A stretch of DNA of 64,000 nucleotides, from assembly GCA_026003895.1 (NCBI GenBank), contig BPIC01000007.1, positions 108,440-172,439 on the forward strand, given 5' to 3'. A model generated the notes under the pieces. The model had not been told where the DNA came from. It did not search any database and saw only the letters and a list, made by a program, of their open reading frames with translations. This document shows, piece by piece, positions 10,699 through 20,171 of this stretch. Position numbers and translations under genes: made by a program. How positions within the stretch are numbered: position 1 is the first letter of the stretch; every line of letters starts with the position of its first letter. Origin of the DNA: Dehalococcoidia bacterium. GTDB lineage: Bacteria > Chloroflexota > Dehalococcoidia > SpSt-223.

Positions 10699-12828
10699 CT
10701 AACGCGCCAAGTGATAGGGGATGCTCGTGACGATGACCCCGGGCTCGAACAGCAATGCGGTCTTCAGCCGTAGCGCGGTCTGGTTATGCAAAAGATGTTC
10801 CCACCAGCGCGCATGGACGATCTCGGGGAACACGACAATGATTTGATCGCTCGGATAGGCCTCGCGGAGCGCTTCGATGTAGGCGAGGAACGGGCGGGAG
10901 AGCGAGCGGAACGGCGACTCGATGATCACAAGCTCAGCGTCACCATACTGGCCGCGGTTCCACTCCTCACGCAGCCGCTCCGCTGCCTCGGGATCGTCGG
11001 TAATGTGGACGGCGGTCACGCTGCCGTTGCCGGCGGTTGCTCGGGCGAAGGCGATCGCTTGCTGAGCAGGCACATTGAGCTTGGCGATGGGAATTACGTA
11101 GCGTGGCCGGATCTGCGTCGGATCGAGTGGCGTTTCCGGGCGGAGGGCCGCGTCCAAGTTCGCATAGTGGCGGTGAATCGACCACATCAGCCAGATCAGG
11201 ACGGGGATAAAGATCAGGACCATCCACGCCCCGAGGGCGAACTTCGAGATCGCGACCTCGATCGCGACGAAGCCGGTCGTCAACGCGCCAAGGGCGTTGA
11301 TCGCTGCCCGTGGACGCCAGCGGGGGTCCTCGGTCCGCTTTCGATACCAGCGGCGCACCATTCCTGCCTGACTGCAGGTGAAGGCGATAAAGACGCCAAC
11401 GGTGTACAGCGGGATGAGACTAGTGACGCTCCCACGGAAGGCAACGATCAACGAACTGGCTGCGATCGCCAGCAAGACGATGCCGCTCGTGTAGGCAAGT
11501 CGGTCACCGCGGAACTGAAAGACTCGCGGCAGGAACCGATCGCGCGCTAAGACGCTGGCGAGACGCGGAAAGCCGTTAAAGCTCGTGTTCGCCGCTAGCA
11601 GCAAGAGCACGGCCGTCGAGAACTGAATGAGGTAAAAGTAGGGGCTTTCCCCGACAAGCGTTCGGGCGATCTGGCTGACCACGGTCGTCGCCTCCCGCGG
11701 GTCCGGGATAATCCCGAATTGGCTCGCGAGGAAACTCAGGCCCAAGAAGATCGTGGCGAACAGGATGCCCATCGTGACGAGAACGAACTGTGCGTTACGC
11801 GCCTCCGGTGGCTTGAACGCGGTCACACCGTTCGAAATCGCCTCGGTGCCGGTCAGCGCTACCGAGCCGGAGGCAAACGCGCGAAGAATCAGCAACAGCC
11901 CGAGCGCCTCGGCACCATGTGCCTCCATTTCCAGCCACTCGGCGGGGGGCGTGTAGGTCGGGAGTGTGCCGGTGAGGTAACGAAAGAGCCCAAGACCGAT
12001 CAGGCCGAGAATGCTGACGACATAGACATAGGTTGGGATGGCGAACGCGCGCCCCGATTCCCGAATGCCTCGCAGGTTCATCACCATCACAAATGCGACG
12101 ACGCCGACCATGATCGGGACGCGATGGGGGAATAATTCGGGAAACGCCGAGGTGATCGCGGTGATGCCCGCCGCCGTGGAGACGGCGACTGTCAGCGTGT
12201 AGTCGGTTAAGAGCGCAGCCCCGGCGGTCAAGCCGGCAAGTGGTCCGAGATTGTCTTTGGCGACAATGTACGAGCCGCCGCCGTCCGGATACGCGCGAAT
12301 CACCTCCCGGTAGCTGAACACGACAATCGCCATCACCACGACGATCGCGAGCGAGATTGGCATGGTCAGCGCGATCGCGCCCACACCGGCGAGGATCAGG
12401 ACGCGCATGATCTCCTCGGTGGCGTACGCCGAGGAGGAGATATTGTCGGAGGCGAACAGTGCGAGCCCGATTGGCCGACTGACGCGCTCGCTTGCCTCCT
12501 CGGCGCTCGCCAACGGGCGGCCGAACAAGAAGCGCTTCACTCCGCGATAGACTTTGCCAACGCGGGTCTCCGGCTCGCCGACACCCTCGCGCGGGACGAG
12601 GTAGCCAGAGCGGACGCGCCGGAAATCTGGATGACGGGTAATGCGCAGGTATTGATTGCCAGGCGAACCGCCTCGCACTCGCTCTACTTGGCGAAGGTCC
12701 GCTCCGCCTGACGTTCGGACTCGGCTGGTGGTCGGTCCTCCGGGTCGGCGTCCATTGCCGCCATCGCCGCGCGGCGTCGAAGGACGCTCCGGCGCGTCGG
12801 CTGCTCGTTCGGGAGGTTCCTGCGTCAT
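10699..12828 (-). CDS. APC-family permease, KimA/YdaO-like
   Basis: FASDNISSSAYATEE, AYPDGGGSY, ALTGTEAISNG, LIPLYTVGVF, WWEHLLHNQTALRLK. Confidence 0.88.
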   Translation of the reverse strand: MTQEPPERAADAPERPSTPRGDGGNGRRPGGPTTSRVRTSGGADLRQVERVRGGSPGNQYLRITRHPDFRRVRSGYLVPREGVGEPETRVGKVYRGVKRFLFGRPLASAEEASERVSRPIGLALFASDNISSSAYATEEIMRVLILAGVGAIALTMPISLAIVVVMAIVVFSYREVIRAYPDGGGSYIVAKDNLGPLAGLTAGAALLTDYTLTVAVSTAAGITAITSAFPELFPHRVPIMVGVVAFVMVMNLRGIRESGRAFAIPTYVYVVSILGLIGLGLFRYLTGTLPTYTPPAEWLEMEAHGAEALGLLLILRAFASGSVALTGTEAISNGVTAFKPPEARNAQFVLVTMGILFATIFLGLSFLASQFGIIPDPREATTVVSQIARTLVGESPYFYLIQFSTAVLLLLAANTSFNGFPRLASVLARDRFLPRVFQFRGDRLAYTSGIVLLAIAASSLIVAFRGSVTSLIPLYTVGVFIAFTCSQAGMVRRWYRKRTEDPRWRPRAAINALGALTTGFVAIEVAISKFALGAWMVLIFIPVLIWLMWSIHRHYANLDAALRPETPLDPTQIRPRYVIPIAKLNVPAQQAIAFARATAGNGSVTAVHITDDPEAAERLREEWNRGQYGDAELVIIESPFRSLSRPFLAYIEALREAYPSDQIIVVFPEIVHARWWEHLLHNQTALRLKTALLFEPGVIVTSIPYHLAR

Positions 12829-13464
12829 TGGTTTCTCAAGTCTGGGGATCACTCAGGTTCGCGCCACCAAAGTGTACTCCTGTCGTCACCAGCGGAGGAA
12901 CATCAAGCCGCGGCGGCATTGCCGGTCCTCTGGAGTCGATACGAGGCGTGCACACGAGATCGGACGTCTACGAGCGCCCATCCGCGAGCGTGGGAGCGAG
13001 CACATCGACCCGTGAGGGCTCTGGGCGATCAGCATCGCAAGGAACGACAAGCGCGTTGGCGCACGAACGTTGGTCGGGCTCAATAGGACACGCAGTGGCT
13101 CGCCATCGTCGCGCTGGACTTGCTCCGTCTCGGCTCCAGCAGCGATGGTGAGTCGGGTCGGGACAAACGTCTTGGGCAGGCGCAGGTCCTGCTCGGAGCG
13201 AGCGTCGTTGTGCGTTCTCCGATCGCTCATCGCCCGCCGGCTACGGAGCAGTCCGGGCGCAGCGCGGCCTCGTCGGCTATGGTGCGGCCGCAGCCGTTGG
13301 ATCCCTGCGCTTCGCTCGGAGCCTCCGAAGCGAGCAGCCACACGCGGCTCCGACGGTGCGAAGGGGGATCGATGGCCAGCGATGAGGCAAGCGTCGCCAC
13401 TCGCACGGGCGATGGCGAGAAGGGAAGATTCCTGACGGAACTACGCTGTATCGTGAGGTAGGCC

Positions 13465-13914
13465 ATGACGAACCCGGTGCGCAGCGCGATGCCGGTCCTC
13501 GCCCGGCACGAGGGTGTTTGGGTCGGTGAGTACACCCATCTCGATCCGGAAGGAGCTGTCCACGATCGCTACCGCGTCCGTTCGGTATGTGAACTGCCGG
13601 ACGATGGTAGCTGCGACTTTCGCCTGCGCACGACCAATCAGTGGCCGGATGGCCGGATCGAGACGATCGTCAACGAAGCGCGGTTGCACGACGGACGACT
13701 CGTCTGGAGCAATGGCCGGCTCGTCGGAGCGATGTGGGAGATCGATGACCTCACCGTCTACACCCGGTTCGGCTACCCGGATGATCCAACGATCACCGTT
13801 TGCGAGATGATTCAGATCAGTCATGATGGTCAGCACCGGGCTCGCACGTGGCACTGGTTTCGCGAGGAACGGTTGTTTCGGATCACGCTGACGAAGGAGC
13901 AGCGGGACGCATGA
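13465..13914 (+). CDS. DUF3598-like beta-barrel hypothetical protein
   Basis: MPVLARHEG.W.G.Y and EMIQIS...HRARTWHWF pattern; GAGG upstream. Confidence 0.65.
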   Translation: MTNPVRSAMPVLARHEGVWVGEYTHLDPEGAVHDRYRVRSVCELPDDGSCDFRLRTTNQWPDGRIETIVNEARLHDGRLVWSNGRLVGAMWEIDDLTVYTRFGYPDDPTITVCEMIQISHDGQHRARTWHWFREERLFRITLTKEQRDA

Positions 13915-14102
13915 TCGCCCTTGTCCCGATCAGCCCGAACGAAAGGTGGTCGCACGTCGCGGCGGGCCTCTGGCGTGCCCTCGCGTGACGGGACATCGCG
14001 AGCCAACGGGCGTGCGGCGCTCCTCAGCACAGCGCATGCTCCGCTGCGCACTCAATCATGCGGTCGGAATCGACGAGCGCACGCCAGTTCGAACACACGA
14101 TC

Positions 14103-14131
14103 TTGCAGTCGTCCAGCCTTCCTGGTATACT
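14103..14131 (+). promoter_or_regulatory. sigma70-type promoter of rho
   Basis: TTGCAG-17 bp-TATACT with TG extended -10. Confidence 0.65.
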
Positions 14132-14376
14132 GGCAGTGACTGAACGCGACGTTCGGCCGTGATCCCTCGTAAGGCCGCCGCGCAAGTCCGGCGCCAGGCG
14201 AATGGTTCCTCGTCTATCCCGCCGTACTCGTCGAGACCGATCGAGGCATTGATCGTCCGCTCCGGGATAGACCCCCTCGAGGCCGTTCGTAACTGGACAA
14301 CCCCGCTGCCGAAATCGCAACACATGGGAGATCCGTGAAGCCTCCGAAAACCCTCGACTACCGGGGCCCCCGCACA

Positions 14377-15663
14377 ATGGACGTTCTCGAAAAGCCCCCC
14401 TTGGCCGACTTTGAAGTGAAAGCGCGGGAAGAGCTGGTCCAAATCGCCCGAGAGCTGACCAGCGCCGGCCAGACCCCCTTCACTAAGCACGACCTCATCA
14501 GCCGCCTCCTCCAGAACCAGCCCGAGCCGCAACATCAGCCACTCATGATCGGTGGCGTCCTCGAGATCGTCGAAGATGGCTACGGATTCCTGCGCGGCGA
14601 GAGCATGCTTCCCGGTCCCAACGATGTCTATGTCTCGCAGTCGCAGATTCGCCGGTTCGGGTTGCGGACAGGCGACTATGTCACCGGGCAGGTGCGGCCC
14701 CCAAAAGAGAACGAGAAATACTTCGGCTTGCTCCGCGTCGACTCTGCGAACGGGCTGTCGCCTGACGAACTGAAGCAGCGCCCCCATTTCGAGCAGCTGA
14801 CGCCGATCTTCCCGAATCGGATGATCGACCTCGAGACCGACCCACGCAATATCAGCCAGCGCTTGATCAATCTCATCTCACCGATCGGGCGGGGTCAGCG
14901 CGGCCTGATTGTCTCGCCGCCGAAGGCCGGTAAGACCACGATCTTGAAAGACATTGCCAACGGCATCACCGCCAACTGTCCGGATATCCATCTGATGTTC
15001 TGCCTGATCGGCGAGCGGCCGGAAGAGGTGACCGACGTGAAGCGATCGGTCAAGGCCGAGGTCATCGCCTCCACCTTCGATGAACCAGTCGAGGACCATA
15101 CCCGTGTGGCGGAGTTGGCCCTCGAACGGGCCAAGCGCTTGGTTGAGATCGGCAAGGACGTCGTCATCCTGCTCGATAGCATTACGCGCCTGTCGCGGGC
15201 CTATAACCTCGCCATGCCGCCAAGCGGCCGGACGCTCTCCGGCGGTATTGACCCGATTGCTCTCTATCCACCGAAGCGCTTCTTCGGCGCGGCGCGCAAC
15301 ATCGAGGAAGGCGGAAGCCTGACCATCATCGCCACCTGTCTCATCGACACCGGTAGCCGGATGGATGATGTGATCTACGAGGAGTTCAAGGGCACCGGCA
15401 ACATGGAACTCCACCTCGACCGCAAGTTGGCCGAGCGGCGGATCTTCCCCGCGCTCGATATCGTCCGCAGCAGCACCCGCCGCGAAGAGTTGCTGCTCGA
15501 CGAACAGTCGCTCGCCAAAGTCTGGCTGCTGCGCCGGATGGTGGCGATGATCTCCGCCAACTCGACCAGCACGACCGAGGCGACCGAGCGCGTCATCGAC
15601 CGCTTGTCGAAAACCCCCTCGAACAAGGATTTCCTCGCCACCCTCGCCCGCGGCGAGGTCTAG
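14377..15663 (+). CDS. rho: transcription termination factor Rho
   Basis: [56 protein letters not shown]. Confidence 0.98.
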   Translation: MDVLEKPPLADFEVKAREELVQIARELTSAGQTPFTKHDLISRLLQNQPEPQHQPLMIGGVLEIVEDGYGFLRGESMLPGPNDVYVSQSQIRRFGLRTGDYVTGQVRPPKENEKYFGLLRVDSANGLSPDELKQRPHFEQLTPIFPNRMIDLETDPRNISQRLINLISPIGRGQRGLIVSPPKAGKTTILKDIANGITANCPDIHLMFCLIGERPEEVTDVKRSVKAEVIASTFDEPVEDHTRVAELALERAKRLVEIGKDVVILLDSITRLSRAYNLAMPPSGRTLSGGIDPIALYPPKRFFGAARNIEEGGSLTIIATCLIDTGSRMDDVIYEEFKGTGNMELHLDRKLAERRIFPALDIVRSSTRREELLLDEQSLAKVWLLRRMVAMISANSTSTTEATERVIDRLSKTPSNKDFLATLARGEV

Positions 15664-16062
15664 CACAACTGTCGGCCCGCTCCCAACGCGCTCACCGAAC
15701 GCCGAAAAACCGGCCGCTGCCGTCATTGCCGCACGGCTACTTCGCGTTCCCTTCGTCGTAGTCAGAGCAATGCCAATCGGCCGCGCGCTGGCTTCTCCCT
15801 CCGTTCACCACTGCCCCTCGTTCGAGGACGCCAAAGCTGACGCTCGTCCGACTTACTGATCCTGAGCCGGGGAACATTCCGCAGCCTGAGCTTGCTGCGC
15901 AACCTCGTAACGGCCACTTCTCGGCAGTCCGCTCGATTCTGCCCGTAGCCCCACGACGGCTGGACGCTGCAACCGGCTCGGCGCACCGCCGTGGCATCGT
16001 CCTTCCATCAGGTCGCGTCCGCCTGCTATCGTGTCGTTGATTGTTTAGCAGGAGGTAAAAGG

Positions 16063-16815
16063 ATGTCTGTCGCAAAGTCCTCCGTCAGCCGTCGCGAGAT
16101 CCTTCGCAGCGCGGCCGCCATCACCTCCGCAATCGCTTTAGGCGGCAGCACGGCGCCGCATACCGTCTCCGCTCAGGGGGGCGTCATCACACCGGAAGAA
16201 GCGCTGACGCGCTTGCAGGCCGGCAATGCTCGCTTCGTGACGTTCACCCGCAATGCCCCGACCGAAACTCCCGACTTGCGCGGGCAGCTCGCCGGCTTGC
16301 AGCGGCCGATCGCTGCCATCATCAGTTGCGCCGATTCGCGCGTGCCCCCGGAGATTGTCTTCGACGCCGAGCTTGGCGAGCTTTTCGTGGTGCGCGTCGC
16401 CGGAAATGTATGGGACGACATCGGAGTCGGCAGCGTCGAGTTCGCCGTTGCCAACTTTGGCACGCCGCTCATTGTGGTGATGGGCCACCAGCGCTGTGGA
16501 GCAGTCGCCGCGTCCCTCGATGCCATCCGTACCAACACCCCGGTTCCTGGAGTGATCGGCGCAATCGTCGAAGCGATGCGCCCCCCGGTCGAAGCGACTC
16601 TGGCGGCGCACACCCTCGTGCAGACCGGACGAAACGCTCCGCCCCTCACCGACGCAGAGCTTGTCGAGCTGGCGTGCATTGCCAACATTCGCTATGTCGT
16701 CGACAAGCTGTCCACCGCCGACCTCTTCATTGCCGAAGCACAAGCCGCTGGTCAAGTGAAGATCGTCGGGATGTACTTCTCGCTCGACACCGGCGAAGCC
16801 CGGTTGGTCACGTAG
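16063..16815 (+). CDS. beta-class carbonic anhydrase with Tat signal peptide
   Basis: SRREIL twin-arginine motif; CADSRV, VRVAGN, GHQRCG zinc ligands; AGGAGG RBS. Confidence 0.93.
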   Translation: MSVAKSSVSRREILRSAAAITSAIALGGSTAPHTVSAQGGVITPEEALTRLQAGNARFVTFTRNAPTETPDLRGQLAGLQRPIAAIISCADSRVPPEIVFDAELGELFVVRVAGNVWDDIGVGSVEFAVANFGTPLIVVMGHQRCGAVAASLDAIRTNTPVPGVIGAIVEAMRPPVEATLAAHTLVQTGRNAPPLTDAELVELACIANIRYVVDKLSTADLFIAEAQAAGQVKIVGMYFSLDTGEARLVT

Positions 16816-17010
16816 TGGAGAGGCGCCTTGCCGATTGATTGACCGCGTGCGGTCGCAGCTCTGGGCAAACAGGGCCGCGCCGCGGCGTTGACCGGGGAGA
16901 AGCGACGCTCTACCCCTGTGGCGCCACATCGGAATGGGAGGACACCCAGTACGAGCGGTCAACGGCGTGGCGGCCAAGAGCGCGGCGCGACCGAGGTTGG
17001 TCAGCCCGCG

Positions 17011-18426
17011 CTAGCGGAGCCGCGGATAGACCTTGCCGCCCAAGCGCAGCCACGCCGCGGCGCCTGTTCCGTCACGCAAGAATTCGGCGCGGAGGCCGCG
17101 CAGCGGCCCTTCTGCCACCACAACTGAATCCGGTCCCACGAGCGCCAACCGTGCGTCGCCGCCGTAGTCGAAGCGAAGCTGCCCGTCGCGCAGCGTAACC
17201 GCGATCGACGGCCCGAGCTTGGAGTCGGAGAACCCGTAGCGGCCAGCAAGCTCTGCAAGCGCCGAGGAGGTCGTTTCATAAATCGCCATTGCCGGCGCGG
17301 TGATTGCCGTGTACCGCTCGAGGGCGAACGGCAGCACGTCGGCGATGGCACGTTCTCCGGTGGAGGCGTTGGTGACGATCGCGCAGACGAAGTCCGCTTC
17401 TGGGTGGTAAACAAGGCGCGCGTGCTGGTAATCGGTCGAACCGCTGTGGCCAAAATATCGGCCATCGCCCGCCGTCCAAATCATTACGCCCAGCCCAAAC
17501 CCGGCAAAGTCTTCTCGGTCGATCACGCCGCGATCGGTGGATGGTTCGTGGAACGCGGCGAGGCCGTTCTCCGACAGCAGCCCGACATCGGCGCCTTGAA
17601 GGCTTCGGCCGAGCCGGAGAAGGTCTTGGACGGACGCGCACAAGCCGCCGGCCGGCGCGAGCACGGGAGGGACTGTCGTCCACGCCGAATGGACTCGTGG
17701 TCGTCCGCCGTCCAATGTGTGGCCGACAACGTGTCGCGTCGTCACGATCTCGCGCGGCTCAAAGAAGGATCGCGTCATCCCCAGCGGAGACAGGACGAGG
17801 TCCCGCGCGGCGCTGGCGTAGCTGCGCCCGGTGAGCTCCTCGAGGATGAGTCCGGCGACCACATAGCCCGATTCGTTCATCGAGAATCGCCATCCCAGGG
17901 GGAGCAACTGCTGGGCGTTCGCCAGCCGGCCTAGGTAGCGCGTTGCCGCATCGGGACCGCTTTCGCCGCCGCCGAGATCGTCGCCATACCACCCTCCGGT
18001 GTGATTGAGGAGGTGGCGGACCGTTACCCGGTCAGCAACGCGGGCGTCGGCAAGCCGAAATGCCGGTAGAAACGAGCGTACCGGCTCGTCGAGATCGATC
18101 CCCTCCTGCTCGGCGAGGATGGCGAGCGCCAGCGCGGTGACCAGCTTGGTAATGCCGCCGAGCTGAAAGACGGTCGTGTCATTCACCGGCAGGGGATAGT
18201 CGACGTTGGTCACGCCGAATGCGGTCGACCACTGCCGGCCATAGTAGTGGAGTGCTAGTGCGCCGCCGGGGACCGTGTGACGACGGAGCGCCGCCTCGAA
18301 TTGGGCGGCGAGCTCGCTAAAGAGCGCATCAAGGACCGCCTGAGCCGGCCGCTCCCCGCTCGCGGCAGAGACAGCAGAGCGACGCTCCCCGGTCGGCAAA
18401 GCGTTCCGGCCGGACAGGCGGGTCAT
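17011..18426 (-). CDS. beta-lactamase/serine-hydrolase-fold protein with degenerate catalytic motifs
   Basis: VPG.AL, LDEPV..FLP.F, TVRHLLNHTGG, PAGGL, FGHSG; SxxK reads GITK and YxN reads MNE. Confidence 0.85.
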   Translation of the reverse strand: MTRLSGRNALPTGERRSAVSAASGERPAQAVLDALFSELAAQFEAALRRHTVPGGALALHYYGRQWSTAFGVTNVDYPLPVNDTTVFQLGGITKLVTALALAILAEQEGIDLDEPVRSFLPAFRLADARVADRVTVRHLLNHTGGWYGDDLGGGESGPDAATRYLGRLANAQQLLPLGWRFSMNESGYVVAGLILEELTGRSYASAARDLVLSPLGMTRSFFEPREIVTTRHVVGHTLDGGRPRVHSAWTTVPPVLAPAGGLCASVQDLLRLGRSLQGADVGLLSENGLAAFHEPSTDRGVIDREDFAGFGLGVMIWTAGDGRYFGHSGSTDYQHARLVYHPEADFVCAIVTNASTGERAIADVLPFALERYTAITAPAMAIYETTSSALAELAGRYGFSDSKLGPSIAVTLRDGQLRFDYGGDARLALVGPDSVVVAEGPLRGLRAEFLRDGTGAAAWLRLGGKVYPRLR

Positions 18427-18442
18427 AGGCGCCTCCGCGGCG

Positions 18443-18847
18443 CTACTCGGCAGCGAGGACGAGCAACGCCTGCGCGCGAAGGAAGATTGGGTTTGTTCCC
18501 ATCTCCCTCAGCGTAGTGATTCCAAGGCTTGATTCTAACGCGCTCGCTTGCTCAGGAGTCACGTACTTCACCACCGTCGGTGGCCGATCGAGCACGTCGC
18601 GGAGCGGCTCCTCACCCCAGTCCGGATGCACCGCGTCGTTCTTGACACTTCCCATCACGGCCATCGCCTCGGCGAAACGAAACAAAATGTTCCTGCCGAG
18701 CGCGCCTACCGTGTCGATCTTGAACGCCTCGCGCAATCGCTCGGCTGCCTCGGGCGTAACACCGCGCAGGGCGGTAAGTGGCGCGGCGACGAGCTGCCCG
18801 ATCGCCTGCTCGCGGTACTCGTCGGCGATGACGTGGGAGAGATCCAT
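18443..18847 (-). CDS. hypothetical protein made of two similar ~60 aa units
   Basis: GVTPEAAERLREAFKIDTVGALGRN vs YVTPEQASALESSLGITTLREMGTN; AGGAG before ATG. Confidence 0.7.
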   Translation of the reverse strand: MDLSHVIADEYREQAIGQLVAAPLTALRGVTPEAAERLREAFKIDTVGALGRNILFRFAEAMAVMGSVKNDAVHPDWGEEPLRDVLDRPPTVVKYVTPEQASALESSLGITTLREMGTNPIFLRAQALLVLAAE

Positions 18848-18857
18848 CGCACTCCTC

Positions 18858-20141
18858 TCAGCGCTGGGTATAGGAGGCTTCGTTGCTGCTTGCCTCACCC
18901 GATTGGGGACTGCGCCAGCTCGCGACGGCGCGGGTTCGCAGCCTCGTTCCTACGGGGATTTCCGCGCTGGAGACTGCCACGGTGAACGGCCCGACGAGTT
19001 CGGCGTTACCCGGGAGCCGATCCGCGTTCCACAGGAGGTCACGCCCCTCACGCCGTGCCTCGCGGAACATGGGGGGCGCACCGGTGTAGGCGGGCGCCGG
19101 CGACTCAAACAGGGGCAGCCGCAGTGTCACGCCTTCCAGTGGATCTGGGCCATTGTTCCGCAGCCAGACGGTCGCTAGCAACCAGCCTTCCCAACCCATC
19201 TCCAGCTTCAGTTGGACGTCGAGGACCGGCCACGGATCGTCGCGCACGGCGTCAAGATGTGGTGCGACGTGCGCCTTGAGAAAGGCGGCAGTGACGCCTT
19301 TGAACCAATAGCGGTCGTTCAGGAAGATCTCGACGCCATGACCGCCGCGCGCTTGGGATATGACGGTCACGTTCGGGTTCGCCCGCGCCGCTGCCTCCAC
19401 TTGGGCTTGGTCGGGTGGCGGGATGAAATCGTCGTCCGCGGTCTGGATGAGCAGGGTCGGCATGGAGAGCGAGCGCAAGGCGTCCACCGTCTCGTCGCGT
19501 CGGCGAATCTCCTCGCCGCTTATGCCGTAGTAGGCCCCAGCTCGGTTGAAATAGGTGACCGGGTCAGTCTTGGCAATGCGGAGCCATTTGTCGATGTGGC
19601 TCATGATGAAATGGATCTCTTGCTTGGCTGGTGGGCTGGCGACGACGACGGCGTTGATCAGGTCCGGCGCCGCCACCGCCGCGTGGATGGCAGCCGCGCC
19701 CGACATGCTGAATCCCATAAGGGCGATCCCGCCGACCTCAGGAAGGCCGCGCAGAAACCGTGCCGCTCCGGCCAAGTTGTCCCCTTCTTTCCACCCCATC
19801 GTGTACGGCGCGTCGGAGAGCTTGGCGCTCTCGCCGTGACCCTGGAAGTCGAGGGCGAGCGCGTGCCAGCCGTTCGCAAAGAAATACTCGGCGAGGTCGA
19901 CGATGGCATCGAGTTCCTTCGATGCCCAGACACTGTGGCCGAGGATGAGCGCCGGACGCGCGAGGCCGTCGCGCTGGAGCGCCAACCGGCCGACGAGCGG
20001 CAGTCCGTCTGCCGAGGTGAACTCGACGCGATCGAAGCGGTCAGAGAATTGGCCGCGGACACCCTGGCCGGAGCCGCGGAACGGGTTGAACGGGATTGTG
20101 GCGAGGCGCTCGGCGAGGCCGGCCGCCGGTGTGGTCGTCAC
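18858..20141 (-). CDS. alpha/beta hydrolase with C-terminal beta-rich extension
   Basis: LDFQGHGES, GFSMSG nucleophile elbow, DDDFIP, GGH. Confidence 0.85.
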   Translation of the reverse strand: MTTTPAAGLAERLATIPFNPFRGSGQGVRGQFSDRFDRVEFTSADGLPLVGRLALQRDGLARPALILGHSVWASKELDAIVDLAEYFFANGWHALALDFQGHGESAKLSDAPYTMGWKEGDNLAGAARFLRGLPEVGGIALMGFSMSGAAAIHAAVAAPDLINAVVVASPPAKQEIHFIMSHIDKWLRIAKTDPVTYFNRAGAYYGISGEEIRRRDETVDALRSLSMPTLLIQTADDDFIPPPDQAQVEAAARANPNVTVISQARGGHGVEIFLNDRYWFKGVTAAFLKAHVAPHLDAVRDDPWPVLDVQLKLEMGWEGWLLATVWLRNNGPDPLEGVTLRLPLFESPAPAYTGAPPMFREARREGRDLLWNADRLPGNAELVGPFTVAVSSAEIPVGTRLRTRAVASWRSPQSGEASSNEASYTQR

Positions 20142-20171
20142 GCTCAGTCCTTTCTGCGCCCGTCGGGGTGT

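Noticed and set aside
12829-13464. c-di-AMP (ydaO) riboswitch upstream of the KimA-like permease
   Set aside because: Conserved riboswitch segments not seen; a TACACT -10-like hexamer lies only about 45 nt before the start.
15664-16062. Small gene or ncRNA between rho and the carbonic anhydrase
   Set aside because: No recognisable RNA family or convincing ORF.
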